Positions 1 through 11,120 of a stretch of DNA of 64,000 nt are shown piece after piece (the first letter of the stretch is position 1; each line of letters starts with the position of its first letter). The position numbers were made by a program, and so were the translations under genes. The notes beneath the pieces are model-generated. The model was not told the DNA's origin. It made no database searches and saw nothing but the letters and a program-made list of their open reading frames with translations. The stretch spans positions 117,490,001-117,554,000 of the forward strand of contig NC_091987.1 in the NCBI RefSeq assembly GCF_044704955.1, in the 5' to 3' direction. Source of the stretch: Pristiophorus japonicus (lineage: Eukaryota).

Positions 1-612
1 TCAAACATGACTTCCCCATTCATAAATCCATGCTGACTCTGCCTGACCGAATTTTGCTTTTCCAAATGTCCTGCTACTGCTTCTTTAATAATGGACTCCA
101 ACATTTTTCCAACCACAGATGTTCGGCTAACTGCGCTATAGTTTCCTGCTTTTTGTCTGCCTCCTTTTTTAAATAGGGGCATTAAATTTGCAGTTTTACA
201 ATATGCTGGGGTCCTCCCCAGAATCCAGAGAATTTTGCTAAATTACAATCAATGCATCTACAATCCCTGCCGCTACTTCTCTTAAGACCCTAGGATGCAA
301 GCCTTCAGGTCCAGAGGATTTATCTGCCTTTAGTCCCATTATCTTACTGAGTACCACCTCCTTAGTGATTGTGATTGTGTTAAGTTCCCCACCCACTATA
401 ACCCCTTGACTATCCACTGTTGGAATATTGTTAGTGTCCTCTACCATAAAGACTGATACAAAATATTTGTTCAGAGTTTGTGCCATCCCCATGTTCCCCA
501 TTACTAATTCCCCAGTTTCGTCCTCTACGCGACCAATATTTATTTTAGCCACTCTTTTTTCCTTTTTATATCCCAATAGAAGCTCTTGCTATCTGTTTTT
601 ATATTTTGTGCT
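1..612 (-). mobile_element. CR1 LINE ORF2 fragment (5'-truncated end)
   Basis: ORF 238..576 with KSSGPEGLHPRVLREVA and AQTLNKYFVSVF motifs; closely similar to 16190-16780 + 21387-21415. Confidence 0.9.
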
Positions 613-1020
613 TACTCACTCTAGGAAAACCATTCAGAATTTCGAACACATCTATTAAAACCCCTCATTCTTCTCTGCTCTAAGGAGGTTTGAATCAATA
701 AGGACTTTCAGCCCATTCGATTTAATCCTATTAAAGTACCAACTGCACTCATTTTCCCATTACTGAATTACTACACACATCATAAAGCTAGAAGTGTTGG
801 ATTGGGAGACTGCGATTCAATCACCTGAGTTTCAGGGCTATACAATCGCTTTACAGTTTATACAATTAAATCAATAACCTAACTTAAGCTGAAAGATTAC
901 TCAGGTACAATGCATATATATATACATGTGCAACATTTAAGTGCAACTGATTGTTGCCTCTGTTAAATGTGATAGGTTTGCTAATCATATCTGATCTAAA
1001 ATCTTGTACAACGTTTACAG

Positions 1021-1068
1021 GCACCATTTCTTCAAATACTGCAGGACCTTCACCATCCAGCAAGACAG
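1021..1068 (+). CDS. Micro-exon type A, 48 nt, (G)TISSNTAGPSPSSKT
   Basis: tttacag|GCACC...AAGACAG|gtactt; phase 1-1, open. Confidence 0.7.
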
Positions 1069-1490
1069 GTACTTGAAAAGTGTTTTCTGAGAATGTGGTG
1101 GTTTAAGTCAGTTGTTTAGAACCAGAGAGAACCATTTGACAAATGATCCAGTGATGCCAATCTCAGCTGCATTAATTGTGAAAGAGCCATTTTGATGTTG
1201 GATGCGTCTCATAGACGTAGGCCTGTGATCGTAGCCTTTAATGTCAACCTTGATGCTGTTATAGGCCTGGTACATTAGCCCCACAATATAATTGCGGGAC
1301 ATTTTCAACTTCAGTGTGGGCGGGGAGTTTGCAGTTGTGGATTGGCCACCTGTTATACACCTCAGCCGATTTTCTTATCCATTAGATTCAGCCGGGTTCT
1401 ATAAAAGACCACATCTCCAGATTATCCCCTGGGCAGCGAAGGCGTAAATTTAACACACCCATCCTAACCACGAGTAATCTTTTTGCTTAG

Positions 1491-1525
1491 AATACCTTTA
1501 CCATCGCTTACATCTCTTGTGACAG
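1491..1525 (+). pseudogene. Dead type C micro-exon
   Basis: Acceptor changed to gcttag (shifted) and internal deletion; 35 nt with a TGA in the spliced frame. Confidence 0.6.
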
Positions 1526-2293
1526 GTAATTGCAAATGGGTGTTGAAGAATTTTTAATTTTGAAAATGACAGCCGTACATTAATGGACAAAGTTTGATTG
1601 TTGTTTACAAGACTGTACAAATTTACTTGTGCTCCGTCTCATTAATGCAAATGATTAACAAATTCTGCCCCCTCTGTTCATTGGCCATCAGCATCTCCAT
1701 TAAGGTGCATAGGGAAGGACTGGACAGATAGAGAACTGGTTTGATCCAATTGTCTTGTCACACGCCCCATATCACTGTTGCTGGAACCTCTGAAAAACAT
1801 CAGTATACTTCTTAATTATATGAAAAGAAACAGTTAACTGCTTGTAAATGGGATGTATTGACACCAGAGGGGGAAACGGTGCATCACAGTGAGTGCATAG
1901 CTTGTAGATGTGTGGAAGAAACTCAGGGTAAAGAGCCGTTCCACAGAAAATCAACAGTGGCACAATTTTAATGGGGGTTAAGATCAAAGATTTAGAATTA
2001 ATATTAAATCTTATGAATCTCTTTGGATTGATTTAAATTCAAAATGGGCTTTAGACAAAAAAAGTCTAAATTTGACTGGGAATAGATGTTTTTATTCATG
2101 GCTGTAGCTTTGTTACAGAAACTATTGGAGAGAATAGTCTGAATATTTTAAACTCATGAAAAATTTAACATTTTACAATATAAACCTCAAGTAGTTCACC
2201 TATGCCATAATCTGTGACCACTTTACAAAATAATGTTGCAGACTGGGTATGGCTGTTCATTGACTGATCTGAAATCTTGTACTTTCCTTACAG

Positions 2294-2341
2294 AAAACAG
2301 CACTGCTGTTAACATGACATCTTCTCCACAGAACACAACAG
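2294..2341 (+). CDS. Micro-exon type B, 48 nt, (E)NSTAVNMTSSPQNTT
   Basis: ctttccttacag|AAAAC...ACAACAG|gtactg; phase 1-1; three N-X-S/T sequons. Confidence 0.75.
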
Positions 2342-3120
2342 GTACTGAAATTGCGCACTTCGAAAATATTCAGTGTATAAGAAAGCTGATGCTGAAATTG
2401 AGTAGTTAAGAACTACAGGAAGCTGCTGATGTGATTTATAATCAAATCATACAGGACAGAAGGAGGCTATTGGGCCCACTCTAACTGTACCGGCTCTTTG
2501 AATGAGCTTTGCAATTAGTCCCACTATTCTGCTCTTTCCCCATAGCCCTGCAAATTTCTCCTTTTCAACTATACAACCAATTCCCTTTTGAAAGTTACTA
2601 TTGAATCAATTTTGCACCACCTTTTCGGGCAGTGCATTTTAAAACTTAGCAACTCACTGCGTAAAAATAATTTCTCTTCAGCACCCCTCGACTGCTTTTG
2701 CTAATTACCTTAAATCCATGACCTCAAGTTACCATGCCTTCTGCAAGAAGAAGCATTTTCACCTTTCTTACTCTGAGAAAACCATTCTTTATATTGAACA
2801 CCTCTATAAAATCTCCTCTTAACCTTCTCTGCTCTAAGAAGGTTTGATTCGGGAAAGATCTTCAGCCCTCATTTGATCTCATGCTATTAAAGTACCCACC
2901 GCAATCATTTTCCCATTACTGAATTACTGCATGCATTATGAAGCAAGAAGTGTTGGATTGGGAGACTGGTATACAATCACCTGAGTTTCAGAGCAATACA
3001 GTCAGTTTAAAGTTTTATACCATTAAATCAAAAACCTAACTTAAGTTGAAATATTAATAATTTACAATGCATGTGCAATATTTAAGTGTATCAGATTGTT
3101 GCTTCTGTTAGATGTGTTAG

Positions 3121-3156
3121 TTAAATTAATCACATCATCTCCAGCAAACAAGACAG
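3121..3156 (+). CDS. Possible 36-nt type A' micro-exon (V)KLITSSPANKT
   Basis: tgttag|...AAGACAG|gtgctg; in frame but weak polypyrimidine tract. Confidence 0.35.
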
Positions 3157-3568
3157 GTGCTGGAAATGCACTTTCTGAGAAAGTGGTGGTTTATGTTAGT
3201 TGTTTAAAACCAGAGCGAACCGCTGGAACGATGATCCGGTGAAGTCAATCTCTGCTGCATGAATTGTGAAAGAGCCATGTTGAAGTTGGACGTAGACCTG
3301 TGATCGCAGCCTTTAAAGTCAGCCTTGATGCCGCTGTGAACCATGGACCTGGGACATTAGCCCCACAATACAATTGGGGGTAATTTGCAACTTCAGCGCA
3401 GTCGGCGAGCTTGTATTAGTGGATTGGCCACCTGTTATACACCTCAGCTGATTTTCTTATCCACTGACTTCGGCCGGTTTCTATAAATTGCCATCGGCAG
3501 ATTATCCCCTGGGCGGTGAAGACGGAAATTTAACACGTCCGTCCTAACCACTAGTAATCTTTTTGCAG

Positions 3569-3616
3569 AGAATACCTTCACCATGACTCCCACATCAACT
3601 ACATCTCTTGTGACAG
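3569..3616 (+). CDS. Micro-exon type C, 48 nt, (E)NTFTMTPTSTTSLVT
   Basis: ctttttgcag|AGAAT...GTGACAG|gtaatt; phase 1-1. Confidence 0.7.
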
Positions 3617-4035
3617 GTAATTGCAAATGGGTGTTTGAGAATTTTACATTTTGAAAATGACAGCCGTACATTAATGGACAAAGTTTGATTGTTGTTTACG
3701 AGACTGTATGAATGTACTTGTGCTCCATCTCACCAATGCTGAATGATTGTCAAAGTCTGCCCCCTCTGTTCATTTAGGTGCAAAGTGATGCACAGGGAAT
3801 GACTGGACAGAGAGAGAACTGGTCAGATCCAATTGTCTTGTTACACGCCGCATATCACTGTTGCTGGAACCTGTACAAAACATCAGTATATTTCTTAATT
3901 ACACAAAACAGAGCAATCAGCTGCTTGCAAATGGCATGTATTGCCACCAGAGGAGGAAACGGTGCATCACAGTGTGTGCATAGGTTGTAGATGTGTGGAA
4001 GAAACTCAGGGTAAACAGCTGCTCCACAGAACATT

Positions 4036-5410
4036 GGCCCCAAGTTTCCACATGATTTGCTCCTGATTTTTCGGAGCAACTGCTGTAGAACGGAGTATTT
4101 TAGAAATCGGAATTCTCGTCATTTAGTTAGTTAGAACAGTTTCACTTTGGAACAGAATTTTTTTTTCAAAAGGGGGCGTGTCCGGCCACTTACGCCTGAT
4201 TTCAAAGTTTCGTGAGTGAAAACTTACTCCAAACTAACTTAGAATGGAGTAAGTGAAGATTTTTGTCCGCTCGAAAAAACCTTGTCTACACTTTAGAAAA
4301 TCAGGTGTAGGTTACAAATTAGGTGTAGGGAACGAGGTGGGGTGGGGGGGGGGGGGGGAGGGGGGGAAGGGAAGTCATTAAATTCTACAATCAATCCTTA
4401 GTTATATTTATACAAATAAATCCAACCTGAATAAAAATTTATAAGCAAAGAAAAGATTAAATAAACCATGTTCCTACCTGTGTGAAATAGCATCAGCCTT
4501 CGAGCTGCAGTGCTTGAGGCAGGCCTTCATTCTCTTCGTGGCTGGCCGCGAAGAAGCAGCACCGGACGGACCCGAGGCCATTCGACCATGAGATATCAGC
4601 GGCGTCAGTGGCTGGCCGGCAGCCGAAGAATCAGCAGTGGACCGACGTGAGGCCTTTCGGCCATAGGATATCAGCGGCGTCAGTGGCTGGCCGGCAGCCG
4701 AAGATACAGCAGCAGCCTTCGAGCTGTGAGGGGGACGGAGGCCATTTGGACAGGGAGAGGCAGCCACATCGACAGTTTTATATTTAAATTTGCAGAATGG
4801 GTGCTGCATTGTCAACACCACATATTATGCAATGATTTGCCATCATTGTTCTTGGTGGACGTTGATCCATTGCAAAGTTGAATTGGCACTCTTACTTCTC
4901 CAAACACACAGTCCTTAATTTGCATGCACCATTGCAGCACCGGTTCTGCAAGTTTAGCAGTGAAAAGCTGAACTCACTGATTTCAGCAGGTGATTTATTC
5001 AGCAGTGCTGCTAAAAGCATTCCCTCACACACAGAAATATCAAAAAAAAAATTACAAGCCTTTGCAGGGGTCCAAGAAACAAATCTTCACTTTTTCTGCA
5101 GTATTTAAAAAAATGGCCGAGTGCCAATGTTTGTGTGAGACTGCGCGTGCGCGCACGCTCCAACGCGCACGCGCAGGGTTGCCGGCACCACGAAGGCTAA
5201 TTTAAATTGTACCCGCCCCCTGCTACTTAGAAAATCGGCGCGAGTGTTAGGCTCCGCCCCCTGCTGCGAAGAGCGCGCCGCGCCAAGCAGACATCGAGCT
5301 TCAAGGAGCTCGAGAATATCGGATTTTTTTTTAGGCGCAGTTTTCAGCGCGAAAAACAGGTGTCCAGCTCGGAGGTGCGCTGTTTTTGCCGCGGCACGAA
5401 ACTTGGGGCC
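4036..5410. mobile_element. Non-autonomous PIF/Harbinger-like TIR element
   Basis: TIR ggccccaagtttc / gaaacttggggcc, flanked by att/att; absent from other units; internal ~76-bp tandem duplication at 4540-4710. Confidence 0.8.
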
Positions 5411-5760
5411 ATTGAGTGGCACAATTTTAATGCGGGTTAAAATCAAGCACTTAGATTTAATATTACATTTTATGAAATTGGTTCTGTTTGGGATGATTTA
5501 AATTCAAATGGGCTTTAGACAAAAAAAGTCTAAATTTGACTGGGAATAGATGTCGTTTTTATTCATGGCTGTAACTTGGTTACAGAAACTGTTGGAGGGA
5601 ATAGTCTGAATCTATTAAACGCATGAAAAATGTTACATTTTACAATATATTCCTTAAATCATTCATCTGTGCCATAATCTGTGGACACTTTACAAAATAA
5701 TGTTGCAGACTGGGTGTAGATGTTCATTGTCTGATCTGAAATCTTGTACTTTCTTTATAG

Positions 5761-5808
5761 GAAACATCACTACAGTTAACGTGACATCTTCTCCACAGAC
5801 CACAACAG
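5761..5808 (+). CDS. Micro-exon type B, 48 nt, (G)NITTVNVTSSPQTTT
   Basis: ttctttatag|GAAAC...ACAACAG|gtactg. Confidence 0.75.
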
Positions 5809-6626
5809 GTACTGAAATTGTGCTCTTTGAAAATATTCAGAACAAAGAAAGCTGATACTGAAATTGAGTAGTTAGGAACCACAGGAAAGTGCTGATGTGA
5901 TTTACATCAAATCACACAGGATAGAAGGAGGCTATTCGGCCCATTGTGCTTGTGCCGGCTCTTTGAATGAGCTTTCCAATTAGTCCCACTACTCTGCTCT
6001 TTCCCCATAGCCCTGCAAATTTCTCCTTCTCAAGTATACAAGCAATTACCTTTTTAAAGTTACCATTGAACCACCTTTTCAGGCAGTGCATTCTAGACCA
6101 TAACAACTCGCTGTGTAAAAATAATTTCTTCTCAGCTTCACTCAAGTACTGTTGCTTATTACCGAAAATCCATGACCTCGTAACCAGCCCACCTGCCAAT
6201 CGAAGCATTTTCTCCTCACTTACTCTAGAAAAAGCATTCAGAATTTCGAACACATCTATTAAAATTCCTCTTAATCTTCCCTGCTCTAAGGAGGTTTGAA
6301 TCGAGAAGGACTTTCAGCCCAATCCATTTAATCCTACTAAAGTACCAACTGCACTCACTTTCACATTACTGAATTACTACACACATCATAAAGCTAAAAG
6401 TGTTGGATTGGGAGACTGGGATTCAATCACCTGAGTTTCTGGGCTATACAATTGCTTTACATTTTTATACTGTTAAATCAATAACCTAACTTAAGCTGAA
6501 AGATTACCCAGGTACAATGCATGTATATAAATGTGCAACATTTAAGTGTAACTGATTGTTGCTTCTGTTAGATTGTAATAGGTTTGCTAATCACATCTGA
6601 TCTAATATGTTGTACAATGTTTACAG

Positions 6627-6674
6627 GCACCTTTTCTTCAAATACTGCAGGATCGTCACCATCTAACAAGACAG
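6627..6674 (+). CDS. Micro-exon type A, 48 nt, (G)TFSSNTAGSSPSNKT
   Basis: tttacag|GCACC...AAGACAG|gtactg. Confidence 0.7.
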
Positions 6675-7084
6675 GTACTGGAAATGTGTTTTCTGAAAAT
6701 GTGGTGGTTTAAGTCAGTTGTTTAGAACCAGAGAGAACTGTTTGAGCAATGATCCAGTGATGCCAATCTCAGCTGCATGAATTGTGAAAAAGCCATTTTG
6801 AAGTCGGATGCGTCTCATAGACGTAGACCTGTGATCACAGCCTTTACTGTCAACCTTGATGCTGCTATGGACCTGGGACATTAGCCACACAATACAATTG
6901 TAGGACATTTTCAAATTCAGTGCAGGCAGGAAGCTTGCAGTCGTGGTTATACACCTCAGCCGATTTTCTTATCTATTGGGTACTGCCGGGTTCTATAAAA
7001 GGCCACTTCTCCAGATTATCCCCTGGGCGGCGAAGGTGTAACTTTAACACATCCGTCCTAACCTCTAGTAATCTTTTTGTTTAG

Positions 7085-7130
7085 AATAGCTTTACCATAA
7101 CTCCCACATTGCCTACATCTCTTGTGACAG
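7085..7130 (+). pseudogene. Dead type C micro-exon
   Basis: Original gcag acceptor lost (gtttag, shifted by 2 nt); 46 nt with an immediate TAG in the spliced frame. Confidence 0.6.
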
Positions 7131-7899
7131 GTAATTGCAAATGGGTGTTGGAGAATTTTACATTTTGAAAATGAGAGCCGTACATTAAGGGACAACGTTT
7201 GATTGTTGTTTACGAGACAGTACGAATGTACTTGTGCAACATCTCACCAATGCTGAATGATTGACAAGTTCTGCCCCCTCTGTTCATTGGCCATCAGCAT
7301 CTCCATTTAGGTGCACAATGATGCACAGGGAAGGACTGAACAGAGAGAGAACTGGTCAGATCCAATTGTCTTGTCACACGCCCCATATCACTGTTGCTGG
7401 ATCCTGTGACAAACATTAGTACATTTCTTAATTACACAAAACAAAGTAGCCAACTGCTTGCAAATGGCATGTATTGCCACCAGAGGAGGAAACGGTGTAT
7501 CACAGTGAGTGCACAGATTGTAGATGTGTGGAAGAAACTCAGGGTAAACAGTTGTTCACAGAACATTATCAGTGGCACAATTTTAATGCGGGTTAAGATG
7601 AAAGACATAGAATTAATATTAAAACTATTAAATTGGTTCTGTTTAGGATGATTTAAATTCAAAAAATTCTAAATTTGAGTGGGAATAGATGCTGTTTTTA
7701 TCCATGGCTGTAATTCTGTTGCAGAAACTGTTGGATGGAATACTCTGACTCTTGATAACTCATGTAAAATTTAACACTTTACAATATAAACCTCAAGTAG
7801 TTCACCTATGCCATAATCTGTGGACACTTTACAAGATAATGTTGCAGACTGGGTGTGGCTGTTCATTGGTTGATCTGAAATCTTTTACTTTCTTTACAG

Positions 7900-7947
7900 A
7901 AAACAGCACTATTGTTAATGTGACATCTTCTCCACAGACTACAACAG
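7900..7947 (+). CDS. Micro-exon type B, 48 nt, (E)NSTIVNVTSSPQTTT
   Basis: ttctttacag|AAAAC...ACAACAG|gtcctg (weaker donor). Confidence 0.65.
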
Positions 7948-8357
7948 GTCCTGAAATTATGCTCTTTGAAAATATTCAGAACAAAGAAAGCTGATGCTGA
8001 AATTGAGTAGTTAGGAACCACAGGAAAGTGCTGATGTGATTTATCGTCAAATCATACAGGACAGAAGGAGGCTATTCGGCCCATTGTGCAGGCTCTTTGA
8101 ATGAGCTTTCTAATTAGTCCCACTATTCGGCTCTTTCCCCATAGCCCTGCAAATTTCTCCTTTTCAAGTGTACAAGCAATTAGCTATTGAAAATTAGTAA
8201 TGCATCAGCTTCCACCAACTTTACAGGCAGTGCATTCGAGACCATAACAGCTCGCTGCATAAAAATATTTTCTCCTCAGCTTCCCTCAAGTGCTGTTGCT
8301 TATTACCTAAAATCCATGACCTCAAGTTACCAGCCCTCCTGCCAATCGAAGCATTTT

Positions 8358-9563
8358 AAGAACATAAGAACATAAGAAATAGGAACAGGAATAGGCCATA
8401 TGGCTCCTCGAGCCGCTCTGCCATTCAACCATTCATGGCTGATCTGATCGTGGACTCAGCTCTACTTCCCCACCCGCTCCACATAATCCCTTATCTCCTT
8501 ATCGTTTAAGAAGCTGTCTATTTCTGTCTTAAACTTATTCAATGTCCCAGCTTCCACGGCTGCAGCGAATTCCACAGATTCACAACCCTCTGAGAGAAGA
8601 AATTTCGCCTCATCTTTGTTTTAAATGGGCGGCCCCTTATTCTAAGATCGTGCCCGCTAGTTCTAGTCTCCTCCATGAATGGAAACATCCTCTCTGCATC
8701 CAACTTGTCAAGCCCCCTCATAATCTGATACGTTTCTATAAGATCACCTCTCATTCTTCTGAATTCCAATGAGTAGAGGCCCAACCTACTCAACCTTTCC
8801 TCATAAGTCAACCCCCTCATCCCCGGAATCAACCTAGTGAATCTTCTCTGAACTGCCTCCAAAGCAAGTATATCCTTTAGTAAATATGGAAACCAAAACT
8901 GCACGCAATATTCCAGGTGTGGCCTCACCAATACATCGTATAGCTGTAGCAAGACTTCCCTGCTTTTATACTCCATCCCCTTTGCAATAAAGGCCAAGGT
9001 ACCATTGGCCATCCTGATCAGTTGCTGTACCTGCATACTATCCTTTTGTGTTTCATGCACAAGTACCCCCAGGTCCCGCTCTACTGCAGCAATTTGCAAT
9101 CTTTCTCCATTTTAAATAATAACTTCCTCTTTGATTTTTTGCTGCCAAAGTGCATGACCTCACACTTTCTAACATTATACTACATCTGCCAAATTTTTGC
9201 CCACTCACTTAACCTGTCTATGACCTTTTGCAGATTTTTTGTGTCCTCCTCACATGTTGCTTTTCCTCCCATCTTTGTATCATCAGCAAACTTGGCTACG
9301 TTACACTCAGTCCCTTCTTCCAAGTCGTTAATATAGATTGTAAATAATTGGGGTCCCAGCAATGAACTCTGCAATGAACTAGTTACTGGTTGCCAACCAG
9401 AAAATGAACCATTTATCCCAACTCTCTGTTCTCGGTTAGTTAGCCAATCCTATATCCATGCTAATAAATTACCCCCAACTCCGTGAACTTTTATCTTGTG
9501 CTGTAACCTTTTATGTGGCACCTTGTCAAATACCTTCTGGAAGTCCAAATACACCACATCCAC
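8358..9563 (-). mobile_element. CR1 LINE 'A', 3' part (host of nested insertions; resumes at 11084-11120, 16170-16779 and 21387-21415)
   Basis: (aagaacat)n tail at 8358; ORFs with [20 protein letters not shown] and VNLWNSL. Confidence 0.9.
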
Positions 9564-11083
9564 CAAATACACCAAATAATTCTCTGGACTCTGGGGAGGT
9601 ACCAGCGGATTGGAAAGCAGCTAATGTAACGCCTCTGTTTAAAAAAGGGGGCAGACAAAAGGCAGGTAACTATAGGCAGGTTAGTTTAACATCTGTAGTG
9701 GGGAAAATGCTTGAAACTATCATTCAGGAAGAAATAGTGGGACATCTAGATAGGAATAGTGCAATCAGGCAGACGCAGCATGGATTCATGAAGGGGAAAT
9801 CATGTTTAACTAATTTACTAGAATTCTTTGAGGATATAACGAGCATGGTGGATAGAGATGTACCGATGGATGTGGTGTATTTAGATTTCCAAAAGGCATT
9901 CGATAAGGTGTCACACAAAAGGTTACTGCTGAAGATAGAGGTACGCGGAGTCAGAGGAAATGTATCAGCATGGATAGAGAATTGGCTGGCGAACAAAAAG
10001 CAGAGTGTCGGGATAAATGGGTCCTTTTCGGGTTGGAAATCTGTGGTTAGTGGTGTGCCACAGGGATCAGTGCTGGGACCACAACTGTTTACAATATACA
10101 TAGATGACCTGGAAGAGGGGACAGAGTGTAGTGTAACAAAATTTGCAGATGACACTAAGATTAGTGGGAAAGTGGGTTGTATAGAGGACACAAAGAGGCT
10201 GCAAAGAGATTTGGATAGATTAAGCGAATGGGCGAAGGTTTGGCAGATGGAATACAATGTCGGAAAGTGTGAGGTCATCCACCTTGGGAAAAAAAACAGT
10301 AAAAAGGGAATATTATTTGAATGGGGAGAAATTACAACATGCTGAGGTGCAGAGTGACCTGGGGGTCATTGTGCATGAATCCCAAAAAGTTAGTTTGCAG
10401 GTGCAGCAGGTAATCAGGAAGGCGAATGGAATGTTGGCCTTCATTGCGAGAGGGATGGAGTACGAAAGCAGGGAGGTCCTGCTGCAACTGTATAGGGTAC
10501 TGGTGAGGCCGCAGCTGGAGTACTGCATGCAGTTTTGGTCACCTTACTTAAGGAAGGATATACTGGCTTTGGAGGGGGTACAGAGACGATTCACTAGGCT
10601 GATTCCTGAGATGAGGGGGTTACCTTATGATGATAGATTGAGTAGACTGGGTCTTTACTCGTTGGAGTTCAGAAGGATGAGGGGTGATCTTATAGAAACA
10701 TTTAAAATAATGAAAGGGATAGACAAGATAGAGGCAGTGAGGTTGTTTCCACTGGTAGGGGAGACTAGAACTAGGGGGCACAGCCTCAAAATACGGGGGC
10801 GCCAATTTAAAACCGAGTTGAGAAGGAATTTCTTCTCCCAGAGGGTTGTGAATCTGTGGAATTCTCTACCCAAGGAAGCAGTTGAGGCTAGCTCATTGAA
10901 TGTATTCAAATCACAGATAGATAGATTTTTAACCAATAAGGGAATTAAGGGTTACGGGGAGCGGGCGGGTAAGTGGAGCTGAGTCCACGGCCAGATCAGC
11001 CATGATCTTATTGAATGGCGGAGCAGGCTCGAGGGGCTAGATGGCCTACTCCTGTTCCTAATTCTTATGTTCTTATGTTCTTA
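9564..11083 (+). mobile_element. CR1 LINE 'B', 5'-truncated, RT domain with one frameshift
   Basis: ORFs 9458..10345 and 10257..10982 ([27 protein letters not shown]); ttcttatg tail; 'acatccac' on both sides. Confidence 0.92.
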
Positions 11084-11120
11084 CATCCACTGGTTCCCTT
11101 TCATCCACCCTGTCCGTTGC

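Noticed and set aside
1908-1932. Possible fourth exon type ttgtag|atgtgtggaagaaactcagg|gtaaa in each long unit
   Set aside because: It is 20 nt (frame-shifting), has no polypyrimidine tract and is not Ser/Thr-rich.
1108-4079. Recurrent short minus-strand ORFs in the units (e.g. MILTPIKIVPL..., MKMSRNYIVG...)
   Set aside because: Starts, stops and frames differ between copies and there is no recognisable domain; recurrence is explained by the duplication.
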